A stretch of DNA of 64,000 nt from Nitrospirota bacterium (GTDB lineage Bacteria > Nitrospirota > UBA9217). The DNA lies in the NCBI GenBank assembly GCA_963840455.1, contig CAWIYV010000007.1:128001-192000 (forward strand), read 5' to 3'. Under the pieces are notes generated by a model that was given only the letters and a program-made list of their open reading frames with translations, did no database searches and was not told where the DNA came from. Position numbers and translations under genes: made by a program. Below are positions 51,134 to 60,582 of the stretch, in pieces. The stretch's first letter is position 1; every line of letters begins with the position of its first letter.

Positions 51134-52588
51134 ATGGTGACTTCGCTACAAGAATTCCTGCGGCAGCTGCTGCCGCTCTATCCCGAGCTGGTGGTCATCA
51201 CCATCGCCCTCACCGTGCTGCTGCTGGATTTCTTCGTGGACCGGCGGAGCAAGGCGATCCTGGGGTGGTACAGCCTGATCGGAATCGTCATCGCCGCTTC
51301 GATGACCGTGAAGCTGATGGGGACCACCGGATCGTTCTTCGGCGGGACCTTCCTGCTCGACCCGTTCTCCACGTATTTCAAACTGGCCTTCTATGTTGCC
51401 TGCGGTCTCGGGATCCTGGTCTCGATGAAGTACCTGGACATCGAGAATATCCACCGCGGCGAGTATTACGCCCTGATGCTGTTCGCCACGTGCGGCATGA
51501 TGCTCATGGCGTCGGCTGGGGACCTCATCACGCTGTACCTGGGTCTGGAGCTCATGGCCCTGTCCATCTATGTCCTGGCCGGGTTCATGCGCAGCGACAG
51601 CCGGTCCAACGAAGCAGGCATCAAGTATCTTCTGCTGGGCGCCTTCTCATCGGGCATCATGGTGTACGGCATGTCGCTCCTGTACGGCATGTCGGGCACG
51701 ACGAACCTGAATGGCATCCTGGCGTCCCTGCGCGGTGCGGACCTCGCGAATCCCGTGCTGTTCCTCGCCTCGGTCATGCTGATCGTCAGCTTCGGCTTCA
51801 AGGTGGCTGCAGTGCCTTTCCATATGTGGGTCCCCGACGTCTATGAGGGAGCGCCCACGTCGGTCACGGCCTTCATGTCGGCAGGCCCCAAGGTCGCCGG
51901 GTTCGCGGTGCTGCTCCGCATGTTCGCCCATACGCTCCAGCCGCTCCATGCAGACACCTCGATCATTCTCGCCGGCCTTGCCGTGATGACCATGGCTGTC
52001 GGCAATATTCTGGCCATCGCCCAGACCAATATCAAGCGTATGCTGGCCTATTCCTCCATCGCCCATGCCGGGTATGCCCTCGTCGGCCTTGCTGCTGGGG
52101 GGCCAGACGGCGCGGCCAGCGTAATGCTCTATGTCCTGATCTATGCAGTCATGAACATGGGGGCCTTCGGTGTCGTCATCATGCTCCGGAGGTCCGGCGC
52201 GCGTGGCGAGGAGATCGCGGACTTCGCAGGCCTGGGAAAGACCAACAAGACCGCGGCGTTCCTCATGCTCATCTTCCTGTTCTCGCTCACCGGCATACCG
52301 CCTATGGCAGGATTCGTCGGCAAGTTCTACATCTTCAAATCCGCGGTCCAGGCCGGCATGATCTGGCTTGCGGTCGTGGGCGTCCTGTTCTCGGCCATCA
52401 GCGCCTATTTCTACCTCAGGGTCATCATGCTCATGTACATGTACGAGCCCAAGCAGGAGTTCAGCCTCGTACAGTCACCTGCACTGGCTCTGGCGTTGGC
52501 CATCTCGGTAACTGGCGTGCTGGTCATCGGCGTATATCCTTCAGCTGTGCTCGACTTCGCAAAGGCCTCCATCGTCGGGATCTTGTAG
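51134..52588 (+). CDS. nuoN: NADH-quinone oxidoreductase subunit N
   Basis: EAGIKY, FKVAAVPFHMWVPDVYEGAP, KRMLAYSSIAHAG, GIPPMAGF. Confidence 0.96.
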   Translation: MVTSLQEFLRQLLPLYPELVVITIALTVLLLDFFVDRRSKAILGWYSLIGIVIAASMTVKLMGTTGSFFGGTFLLDPFSTYFKLAFYVACGLGILVSMKYLDIENIHRGEYYALMLFATCGMMLMASAGDLITLYLGLELMALSIYVLAGFMRSDSRSNEAGIKYLLLGAFSSGIMVYGMSLLYGMSGTTNLNGILASLRGADLANPVLFLASVMLIVSFGFKVAAVPFHMWVPDVYEGAPTSVTAFMSAGPKVAGFAVLLRMFAHTLQPLHADTSIILAGLAVMTMAVGNILAIAQTNIKRMLAYSSIAHAGYALVGLAAGGPDGAASVMLYVLIYAVMNMGAFGVVIMLRRSGARGEEIADFAGLGKTNKTAAFLMLIFLFSLTGIPPMAGFVGKFYIFKSAVQAGMIWLAVVGVLFSAISAYFYLRVIMLMYMYEPKQEFSLVQSPALALALAISVTGVLVIGVYPSAVLDFAKASIVGIL

Positions 52589-52627
52589 GGCGGGGTCAAG
52601 CGGGGTCCGGTAAGGCACTCTCACGAG

Positions 52628-52666
52628 AAGGGGGCAGGCGAATAGCCTGGCCCCTTTTTATTTTTT
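52628..52666 (+). terminator. Rho-independent terminator of the nuo operon
   Basis: aagggggcaggc-gaata-gcctggcccc-tttttatttttt. Confidence 0.85.
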
Positions 52667-52751
52667 CCGGTTGTCGCGGGAGTGCTGTTCCTGTTGCGCT
52701 CTATGATGTTCCTCATACCATCATGCTTTTCCCGGTGCTATACTCTCAGTT

Positions 52752-53453
52752 ATGAAGCCTGAAGGAAAAGGGTATATCCTCAAGGAATACGGCTCCTGGA
52801 GCGTGCTGACCGTCGCGTTCCTCATCGGCTTGGGCGTGAGCCGCGCGATCCCCTGGCAGGCCCTGCCACTGTACGCCGCCCTCGCCCTCCTGATCAATTC
52901 CAAGCAGGCATACATGAAGTGGACGCGACAGCCGTTGGAGCGGAAGCATCTCGGCGTCTTTCTCGGGCAGGTCGCGGCAGCGTCCGTGATACTGTTCGCG
53001 CTTTTCTCCGGGAACCTGTCACAGGTCCTCCCGCTCCTCATCGTTCCCGCGGCCTACCTGCTGATGAACCGGTATGCCGGCGAACACCATATCCTAACTG
53101 AGCTTCTCGGTTTCGCGCTCCTGAGCCTTGCGGCGGTCCTGGCAAAGTTCCTGGTCGTGCAGGGCGTCGATGTCAGGCTCTTCGCGGCAACGGCCCTGTA
53201 CTTTACCTCCGGGGTGTTCAAGGTAAAGGCCGTGCTGCTGAGGAAGATGCGGGACCGGGTTTTGACGGTGCTTTACGTGTTTTTTGCAGCTTACGTCTAT
53301 CGGCGGTTCGTGATCTCTCTCCTCGTGCTCCTGCCGCTGGCGGAAAATATTGCCATGGCGATCTTCCTTTACAAGGTCCGGCTCCAGACCACAGGCTGGA
53401 TCGAGGTCGCCAAGAGCCTGGCCTTCCTGGCGCTCATGATCTGGAGATTCTAA
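52752..53453 (+). CDS. YwiC-like membrane protein
   Basis: N-terminal KEYGSW (PxEHGAW-like) motif, about 8 TM helices, GWIE near the C-terminus. Confidence 0.7.
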   Translation: MKPEGKGYILKEYGSWSVLTVAFLIGLGVSRAIPWQALPLYAALALLINSKQAYMKWTRQPLERKHLGVFLGQVAAASVILFALFSGNLSQVLPLLIVPAAYLLMNRYAGEHHILTELLGFALLSLAAVLAKFLVVQGVDVRLFAATALYFTSGVFKVKAVLLRKMRDRVLTVLYVFFAAYVYRRFVISLLVLLPLAENIAMAIFLYKVRLQTTGWIEVAKSLAFLALMIWRF

Positions 53454-53545
53454 CCCCACTTCTCCCTTTGATCAGCGCCAAAGAACAGTTGTTGACCCTC
53501 TTCCTGCGTTAGCTCTCAGAACAATTACTATGATTATGTGACAGC

Positions 53546-53662
53546 TGAATCCAGGAACGGGCGCGTTCTCGTAGCTTGCTGCGGGGGCAGCGAACGATTA
53601 GAATTAAAATTACAGCCATGAGGATCGAAGCTTCCCTGCAGCGTGCAGCAGGGAGCATCAAT
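53546..53662 (+). mobile_element. Non-autonomous IS200/IS605-end-like miniature element, diverged full-length copy
   Basis: TGAAT-CCAGGAACGGGC...CTCGTAGC-TT-GCTGCGGG...GAGGATCGAAG-CTTCCCTGC...GCAGGGAG-CATCAAT; homologous to 21037-21154. Confidence 0.7.
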
Positions 53663-54065
53663 AAGGCGGAATAGCTTCCCCGATCGGCTCGGGCGGGCGG
53701 TATTCCACGGGCTCGCGTTTCAATTTAACGACCGGACAGCGCAAGCGAAGTCTCTCCATTGTTGACCGGATGTCCGCATTCGAGGGATCGAGCCTCAAGG
53801 CGAGACGGTACTGCGCCAGCGCCTTCACGACAAAGCCACGTTCCGCGAACAGGTCTGCTGCGAGAAGGTATTCCCGTATCGCCTCGTCCTTCCGATTGAG
53901 CTTTTGCCTGACATCGCCGATCCGCACCCTGATGAGCGGGTCCTGATGGATCGCAAAGAGCTTTTCCATTTCTGTGATGGCCGCCTTCCAGTTTGCTTTG
54001 TTGAGATGTTCCTGTACTTTCTCAGCAATGATCGTTCTTATCGATACCAAGGGTAGCCTCCTCAA
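53658..54065 (-). CDS. Small TPR-repeat protein
   Basis: RIGD...KDEAIREY..AADLF...G...KALAQYRLALRLDP TPR pattern; start uncertain. Confidence 0.7.
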   Translation of the reverse strand: MRRLPLVSIRTIIAEKVQEHLNKANWKAAITEMEKLFAIHQDPLIRVRIGDVRQKLNRKDEAIREYLLAADLFAERGFVVKALAQYRLALRLDPSNADIRSTMERLRLRCPVVKLKREPVEYRPPEPIGEAIPPY

Positions 54066-54628
54066 AACAGGAATTTATCAGAACCGGTCCGGACCATGCA
54101 TTGCGCTCCGAAGGGTGGAGCGGGATTGGATATGAGCTAATTGCTAAGTTCATGAGCGAAATGAGTTATCCCGGCCCCCTGGTTCCAACGACCATCACCT
54201 TCACCGGCGTATTTCCCATCAGCTGCTGGTCTTGACCTTGTTCCCTCCGTGGAATTGCTGAGCATGATTGAGAGTACACGGACGACGTTCTTCGTCGATT
54301 ACGGAATACAGCACAAATTATATCTGACAATTAAAAACTGTAAGATCGGCGAAGGGGAGGGTGAACGTACGATGCACCGCAAGCATCAATGCTTGCTGTC
54401 GTCAGCACAACGGAGGATCGCACCAGTCGTAACAATACGCGCCTGGAGCAGAGTGGCGGTTCAGGGGTTCTTTGTTCGTAATCCAGACAGACCACCCGGT
54501 TTGCCGCATCAATTCTCGAATACCGGTGTTCGTACGTCCGCTGAGTGCCATCACCCCGTGTCTACCTTACATCGCATAAGTCATTTTGCTCTTGAAGGTG
54601 GTACAATAATTACAGGGAGGGGTTATTG

Positions 54629-56371
54629 ATGACAGTAAAGTCACCAGATACGCGGCTTTCTGTGAACGCCCTGACCGTTCTTGCCCGGCGGTACCTCAAA
54701 AAGGACGAGGGAGGGAAGGTCGTCGAGACGCCGGCTGAGATGTTCCGCAGGGTGGCCAACAATATCGCCCAGGCGGACCTCCTGTACGGTCATGCCGATG
54801 CCCGCAGGACCGAGGAGGAGTTCTTCAATGTTCTGTCAAACCTCGAGTTCCTGCCCAATTCCCCGACACTCATGAACGCCGGACGGCCGCTGCAGCAGCT
54901 TGCCGCGTGCTTTGTCCTTCCTATTGAGGATTCCCTCGAGTCCATCTTTGACGCTGTCAAGGAAACGGCGATCATTCACCAAAGCGGCGGGGGAACCGGA
55001 TTTTCCTTCAGTCATCTCAGGCCCAAGGACGATCTGGTGCGAACGACGAGCGGGACGGCCAGCGGCCCGGTGTCATTCATGAAGGTCTTCAACGCTGCCA
55101 CGGAGGCGATCAAGCAGGGGGGCACACGGCGGGGCGCCAACATGGGGGTCTTGCGTGTGGACCACCCGGACATCCTTGAGTTCATCGCGGCGAAGTCCGA
55201 TAACCGGGAATTGCAGAACTTTAACATATCGGTGGCCGTGACCGAGGAATTCATTGCTGCCGTGGAGCAGGACGGCGAACATTCACTGGTCAATCCCCAC
55301 AACCGGCAGGTCGTACGCACGCTGAAGGCCCGTGACGTGTTCGACCGAATCGTAGAGATGGCCTGGAAGACCGGAGATCCGGGTGTGATCTTCATTGACC
55401 GCATCAACCGGGACAATCCTACACCACACATCGGAGAGATGGAAAGCACCAACCCCTGCGGTGAACAGCCGCTCCTACCCTATGAACCCTGTAATCTCGG
55501 TTCGATCAATCTTTCTCCCATGCTCGAGGGATCGAACGGCACGTATACGATCAACTGGAAAAAACTTGAGAAAACCGTCCGAGCGGGTGTCCATTTCCTC
55601 GACAATGTCATTGATATGGGCCGTTATCCGCTTGACCAGATCGACCGCATGGCCAAGGGGAACCGGAAGATCGGCCTCGGCGTCATGGGGTTCGCGGATC
55701 TGCTCATCCGCCTCGGCATTCCCTATGACTCCGAGGAGGGGGTCCGGACAGGCGAACAGATCATGCAGTTCGTGCAGAAACACGGGCATGAGGCCTCCGT
55801 AAGGATTGCGGAGGAGCGCGGTGTGTTCCCGAACTTTCCGAGCAGCAGGTATGACCGGTCCGGCGGGACGAAGGTTCGGAATGCCACGGTCACGACGATC
55901 GCACCGACCGGCACCCTGTCCATCCTTGCCGATTGCTCCAGCGGCATCGAGCCGCTGTTCGCATTGTCTTTCACGCGCCACGTGCTGGGCGACGTCGACC
56001 TTCCGGAGATCAGCGGTCATTTCCTGGAGATCGCAAAAGAGAGGGGTTTCCTGAGCAGCGACGTCCTGATGCGCATCACGGCCGGTACGCCGCTCGGTCA
56101 GGTTCCCGGGGTTCCTGAGGACGTGAAGCGGGTCTTCGTCACGACTTTCGACATTGCGCCGGAATGGCACGTACGTATGCAGGCCGCTTTCCAGCGGCAC
56201 ACGGACAACGCTGTCTCCAAGACCATCAATTTCCCGCCCCAGGCAACCCTAGACGACGTGCGGAAGGCATTCCTGCTGGCCTACCGGGAAGGAGTAAAGG
56301 GAATCACGGTCTTCCGGAGCGGCAGTAAGGGCGGACAGGTCCTCACCTGCGGCGACCCGATGTATTGCTGA
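54629..56371 (+). CDS. nrdJ: Class II (adenosylcobalamin-dependent) ribonucleotide reductase
   Basis: PNSPTLMNAG, AACFV, GGGTG, RRGANM, TNPCGEQ, CNLGS, APTGT, SKTIN, KGITVFR; lacks the class I YY dyad; no nrdB nearby. Confidence 0.88.
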   Translation: MTVKSPDTRLSVNALTVLARRYLKKDEGGKVVETPAEMFRRVANNIAQADLLYGHADARRTEEEFFNVLSNLEFLPNSPTLMNAGRPLQQLAACFVLPIEDSLESIFDAVKETAIIHQSGGGTGFSFSHLRPKDDLVRTTSGTASGPVSFMKVFNAATEAIKQGGTRRGANMGVLRVDHPDILEFIAAKSDNRELQNFNISVAVTEEFIAAVEQDGEHSLVNPHNRQVVRTLKARDVFDRIVEMAWKTGDPGVIFIDRINRDNPTPHIGEMESTNPCGEQPLLPYEPCNLGSINLSPMLEGSNGTYTINWKKLEKTVRAGVHFLDNVIDMGRYPLDQIDRMAKGNRKIGLGVMGFADLLIRLGIPYDSEEGVRTGEQIMQFVQKHGHEASVRIAEERGVFPNFPSSRYDRSGGTKVRNATVTTIAPTGTLSILADCSSGIEPLFALSFTRHVLGDVDLPEISGHFLEIAKERGFLSSDVLMRITAGTPLGQVPGVPEDVKRVFVTTFDIAPEWHVRMQAAFQRHTDNAVSKTINFPPQATLDDVRKAFLLAYREGVKGITVFRSGSKGGQVLTCGDPMYC

Positions 56372-56430
56372 CGGGACGGATCGCGAAGGCAGGGTTGACA
56401 GAACGAGGTGGGTGGGATAGAGTCTTCACG

Positions 56431-57066
56431 ATGAATACCCATGAGTTCATCCAGACCTTTCCGGCGTTCCGGAGCAGCTCCGATACGATGCTCAATGAGC
56501 TCCTCACCGCCGGCAGGCGGCAGCTGATCCCGGCCGGCAAGCAGATCTACCACGAAGGGGACGCCTGCAGCTCCATCGCGTTCGTCCTGGCCGGCGAGAT
56601 CCGCGTGTACAAGATCGGACAGACGGGACGAGAGATAACGCTGTACGAGATCGGTCCCGGGGAGACCTGCATCCTGAATGCCTCGTGCATCCTGGCAGGC
56701 CAGAGCTATCCCGCTCATGCTGTCGCCGTTACCGATACGGACCTGCTGCTTGTTCCATCGACAGAATTCCGCAAGCTGGTCTCAGATCACGAAGCAATGC
56801 GCGAATTCGTGTTCACCCTTCTGAGCCGCCGGCTTTCAGGCGTCATGGAACTGGTGGAGGAGGTTGCCTTCGGCAGGATGGACGAACGCCTGGCGGATTA
56901 CCTCGTGGAAAGGTCCGCTGACAACAGGCTCGAGACCACCCATCAGAAGATCGCCAATGACCTAGGCACCTCGCGGGAGGTGGTAAGCAGGCTGCTGAAG
57001 GACCTGGAGCGGAAGGGAAAAGTGAGGCTCTCGCGGAACGAGATCATCATGCTGTCCGGCGGTTGA
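56431..57066 (+). CDS. Crp/Fnr family transcriptional regulator
   Basis: cNMP domain (GREITLY, GETC) plus HTH THQKIANDLGTSREVVSRLLK. Confidence 0.92.
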   Translation: MNTHEFIQTFPAFRSSSDTMLNELLTAGRRQLIPAGKQIYHEGDACSSIAFVLAGEIRVYKIGQTGREITLYEIGPGETCILNASCILAGQSYPAHAVAVTDTDLLLVPSTEFRKLVSDHEAMREFVFTLLSRRLSGVMELVEEVAFGRMDERLADYLVERSADNRLETTHQKIANDLGTSREVVSRLLKDLERKGKVRLSRNEIIMLSGG

Positions 57067-57309
57067 CATTGAGGCTTGGTTCGTTGGTGTGACCGCAATG
57101 GAATGAACAAGCGCGCCGAAGAGAACGGCGCGCTTTCCCTTTGATCACGTTGTTCGGATGTCGTTAATCCAGATCGCTGGTCTTCTTGCCCTTCCGGTGA
57201 CAGTTGAGGCAGGGGCGTACCGGGGGGATTCTCCTTCCATATTTTTAATTTCGCGGAAAATTCGTACGCTGCTCCGCCTTTGCCTTGAAGACCACCCCGG
57301 AAAATCCAC

Positions 57310-57369
57310 TTGACAGACCCGTTGAAAACAGCAACAATAGCGTCGATCCTGCACGGCAATACATTTCCG
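57310..57369 (+). promoter_or_regulatory. Sigma70-like promoter with candidate NrpR operator
   Basis: TTGACA-N17-AACAAT (57310-57338), then CGGCAATACATTTCCG (57354-57369). Confidence 0.55.
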
Positions 57370-57379
57370 ACTATACAGC

Positions 57380-58660
57380 ATGACGAACGGCAAACCATCA
57401 CCGAAGAGCACTATCTCTTCGGGTATCGAAAGTCTCGACATCCTAATCGATGGTTTTTCCATCGGGGACAACGTGGTCTGGGAAATCGAGGCCGGATCGT
57501 CATCGGATGTGTTCATTCGAAGCTTCATCGCCCGCTCGTTCCGAGACGAGCAGAAGGTCATCTACGTCAGTTTCAACCGGTCTCCGCAGACGGTCCTCCA
57601 GGGGCTGGGGGCGATCGTGTCGCCCGACCACTTCACGCTCATTGACTGCTTCACCGCTGGCAAAGGGAAGAACGACAGCACCTTTGTGAAGTTCTATGAG
57701 AAAAAATATCCTGCCGCTGTCGTTAAGATCGAGGAACCGCGGAACATCGAGCGGTTCACGTCCACGCTGAATGCCATCGAGGACAAGCTTCCCCCGGGCG
57801 CGCGGTATGTCTTTGACAGCCTCACCGGGATGCAGGACCTGTGGGGTGACGAGAACGAGACCCACCGGTTCTTCACCTATATGTGCCCTCGGCTCTACGA
57901 CCTGGGAACGGTCGCCTACTGGATCCTGGAAAAGGAAGCACACAGCCCGCGGTTCAAGGCCAACCTCCGCCATATCACCCAGGTCGTTTTCGATCTCTCC
58001 AGGCGGAAGAACAATCTTTTCTTGAAGGCACTGAAGCTGGAAGGTCGTCAGGAACGGGAGGTGTTCAAGCCGCACCCATTCGACATTCGGGGGGAGACCA
58101 TAACGATCGCCCCGCTCAAGAAAGAACCTGCCTCGGATATTGGCGGAAAGCTGAAAGAGGTCCGACTCCGGACAGGCATGAGCCAGAAGGAACTGGCCGA
58201 CAAGGTGGGCTTCACACCGAGCTTTCTATCGCAGCTGGAGAGCAACCAGGTCAGTCCGTCCCTCGGGACGTTCATGCAGATCTGCAAGGCCCTCGGCGTC
58301 AATCCCGGCCAGTTCCTGGAACCCGGGGAGCCGGAATCGAAGCCCTGGCTGGAAAAAAGGGAGATGATCCGTTCCCGTGCTGCGGTGCACGAAGATGCTG
58401 CCAGGGTGTACGCCGTGACCTCGGGAGAAAAATATTCGGTACGGATCGTGGTGGTGCCGCCTGGTGCTGCTATGAAACGGCATTTCTTTAATCAAAAGAA
58501 GGAAGAACTGGTTTATATTTTGAAAGGTGATCTTTCCGTGACGATCGGGGGCAAGGAGGCGCGGATAAGCGCTGGTGATGTTCTGCATCTGAAGGAATCA
58601 TTCCCCTCGCACTGGAAGAACGAAGGAGGTGATGATGCTGAGTTGCTGGTACTATGGTAG
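57380..58660 (+). CDS. Regulator with degenerate KaiC/RAD55-like ATPase domain, XRE HTH and cupin domain
   Basis: ISSGIESLD...GDNVVW, YVSF, VFDSLT; GMSQKELADKVGFTPSFLSQLE...SPSL; EELVYILKG...GD...H.WKN. Confidence 0.85.
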   Translation: MTNGKPSPKSTISSGIESLDILIDGFSIGDNVVWEIEAGSSSDVFIRSFIARSFRDEQKVIYVSFNRSPQTVLQGLGAIVSPDHFTLIDCFTAGKGKNDSTFVKFYEKKYPAAVVKIEEPRNIERFTSTLNAIEDKLPPGARYVFDSLTGMQDLWGDENETHRFFTYMCPRLYDLGTVAYWILEKEAHSPRFKANLRHITQVVFDLSRRKNNLFLKALKLEGRQEREVFKPHPFDIRGETITIAPLKKEPASDIGGKLKEVRLRTGMSQKELADKVGFTPSFLSQLESNQVSPSLGTFMQICKALGVNPGQFLEPGEPESKPWLEKREMIRSRAAVHEDAARVYAVTSGEKYSVRIVVVPPGAAMKRHFFNQKKEELVYILKGDLSVTIGGKEARISAGDVLHLKESFPSHWKNEGGDDAELLVLW

Positions 58661-58840
58661 GTTTTGACGTACTGTTGAGTGCGAGGATGAGGATTTTTTT
58701 TGCCTTGTTGGTAAAGTATAGCTTAATACATCGGTGGAAAAATAAGCAGCACTAAAGTGGCTTGGGCAGGAAAACAATAACATCACCCTCTAAAGTAACA
58801 GGAGTAGGGGCCGTCAAAAAAAATAAAAAAGGAGAGAATC

Positions 58841-60433
58841 ATGAACCTACAGCAACCGAATGCGAACGATGCTACCAGAACAGCCAATCGATCGAGGAAT
58901 GTTTCACCCATGAGCGGTCTGTGCACGCGCTGCGTCGACGGATGCCGAGGGAACTGCGAGGTCTTCAAGGCGACATTCCGGGGGCGGGAGCTGCTCTATC
59001 CGGGACCGTTCGGCAGCATTACCGCCGGCGGCGACAAGAACTACCCCATCGACTATTCGCACCTCAACATTCATGGGTATGCGCTGGGAGCCAAGGGGCT
59101 TCCCGCAGGGCAGGTGGGCGACCCGGATACGGCGCGGTTCCCGAATGTCAACACCGAGACGAGCTATGGCTGGGACAAAAAAGTGAAGATGCAGGTGCCG
59201 ATCTTTACCGGCGCCCTCGGGTCCACCGAGATCGCCCGCAAGAACTGGGAGCACTTTGCGATCGGCGCGGCCATATCGGGGGTCACCATCGTCTGCGGCG
59301 AGAACGTGTGCGGCATCGATCCCGAGCTGGAGCTGAGCAGCAGCAAGAAGGTCAAGAAGGCCCCGGACATGGACCGCCGCATCGAGACCTACAAGAAATA
59401 CCACCAGGGTTACGGAGAGATCCTCGTGCAGATGAACGTCGAGGACACGCGGCTGGGGGTTGCCGAGTACATCAGCCACAAACACAAGCTCGAGACCATC
59501 GAATTGAAGTGGGGCCAGGGCGCAAAGTGCATCGGCGGCGAGATCAAGGTGAACTCGATCGAGCGCGCTCTGGAACTGCAGAAGCGCGGCTACATCGTTA
59601 CGCCGGACCCGTCAGATCCCGTGGTCGAGGCCGCTTTCAAAGAAAGGGCGATCAAGGAGTTCGAGCGCCACAGCCGCCTCGGCTTCATCGGTGAACAGGA
59701 GTTCTACGCCGAGGTCAACAGATTGCGGAAACTCGGGTTCAAGCGGATCACGCTGAAGACCGGAGCCTACGGCCTGCGCGAGCTGGCCATGGCCATCAAA
59801 TGGAGCTCAAGGGCCAAGATCGATCTCCTGACGATCGACGGCGCTCCGGGAGGCACCGGGATGAGCCCCTGGCGCATGATGGAGGAGTGGGGCATGCCGT
59901 CCCTCTATCTGCATGCTGCGGCCTATGAGTTCGCCAAGAAGCTGTCCGACAAGGGAGAGCGCGTTCCGGACATCGCCTTTGCCGGCGGATTCAGCAGCGA
60001 GGACGGCGTGTTCAAGGCACTGGCCATGGGAGCTCCCTTCGTGAAGGCCATCTGCATGGGCCGCGCGCTCATGATCCCGGGCATGGTCGGCAAGAACATC
60101 GATCAGTGGATCAAGGACAATGATCTCCCGAAGACAGTAAGCGAGTTCGGCAGCACGGTCGACGAGATCTTCGTGAACTATGAAGACGTAAAGAAACTGG
60201 TCGGGAACAAGGAGATTCAGAACATCCCGCTCGGCGCGATCGGTATATTCAGCTATTCTCAGAAGATCAAAGTGGGCCTGCAGCAGCTGATGGCGGGCGC
60301 CCGGTGCTTCAACGTGGATGCGATAACGAGGAACGAGCTTATGTCCCTCACCGAGGAGTGCAGCAAGGTCACGGGGATCCCCTATCTCATGGATTCCTAC
60401 CGCGAGGAGGCGATGAAGATCATCAATTCCTGA
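58841..60433 (+). CDS. FMN-binding glutamate synthase family protein (paralogue 1)
   Basis: CTRCVDGCRGNC, IELKWGQGAK, IGGE, LKTG, TIDGAPGGTGM, AGG, KALAMGA, MGR. Confidence 0.88.
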   Translation: MNLQQPNANDATRTANRSRNVSPMSGLCTRCVDGCRGNCEVFKATFRGRELLYPGPFGSITAGGDKNYPIDYSHLNIHGYALGAKGLPAGQVGDPDTARFPNVNTETSYGWDKKVKMQVPIFTGALGSTEIARKNWEHFAIGAAISGVTIVCGENVCGIDPELELSSSKKVKKAPDMDRRIETYKKYHQGYGEILVQMNVEDTRLGVAEYISHKHKLETIELKWGQGAKCIGGEIKVNSIERALELQKRGYIVTPDPSDPVVEAAFKERAIKEFERHSRLGFIGEQEFYAEVNRLRKLGFKRITLKTGAYGLRELAMAIKWSSRAKIDLLTIDGAPGGTGMSPWRMMEEWGMPSLYLHAAAYEFAKKLSDKGERVPDIAFAGGFSSEDGVFKALAMGAPFVKAICMGRALMIPGMVGKNIDQWIKDNDLPKTVSEFGSTVDEIFVNYEDVKKLVGNKEIQNIPLGAIGIFSYSQKIKVGLQQLMAGARCFNVDAITRNELMSLTEECSKVTGIPYLMDSYREEAMKIINS

Positions 60434-60582
60434 TGTGCTCATTGTCTCATCAGGTGGAGGTGGGTCGGACGGCAGGGTCTCCGTCTGCGGTCGGAGCCCT
60501 GCCATTTCCGCCTATCTGATTAATAATGCTGAATTCGAGGAGTGAAGAATCACCATCGCTTAATTCATAAGGAGATACGATT

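Noticed and set aside
54249-54629. 126-aa ORF upstream of nrdJ, or a cobalamin riboswitch / NrdR boxes in this region
   Set aside because: The ORF lacks an RBS and protein-like features; I found no B12-box or convincing NrdR palindrome by eye. An Rfam scan would be decisive.
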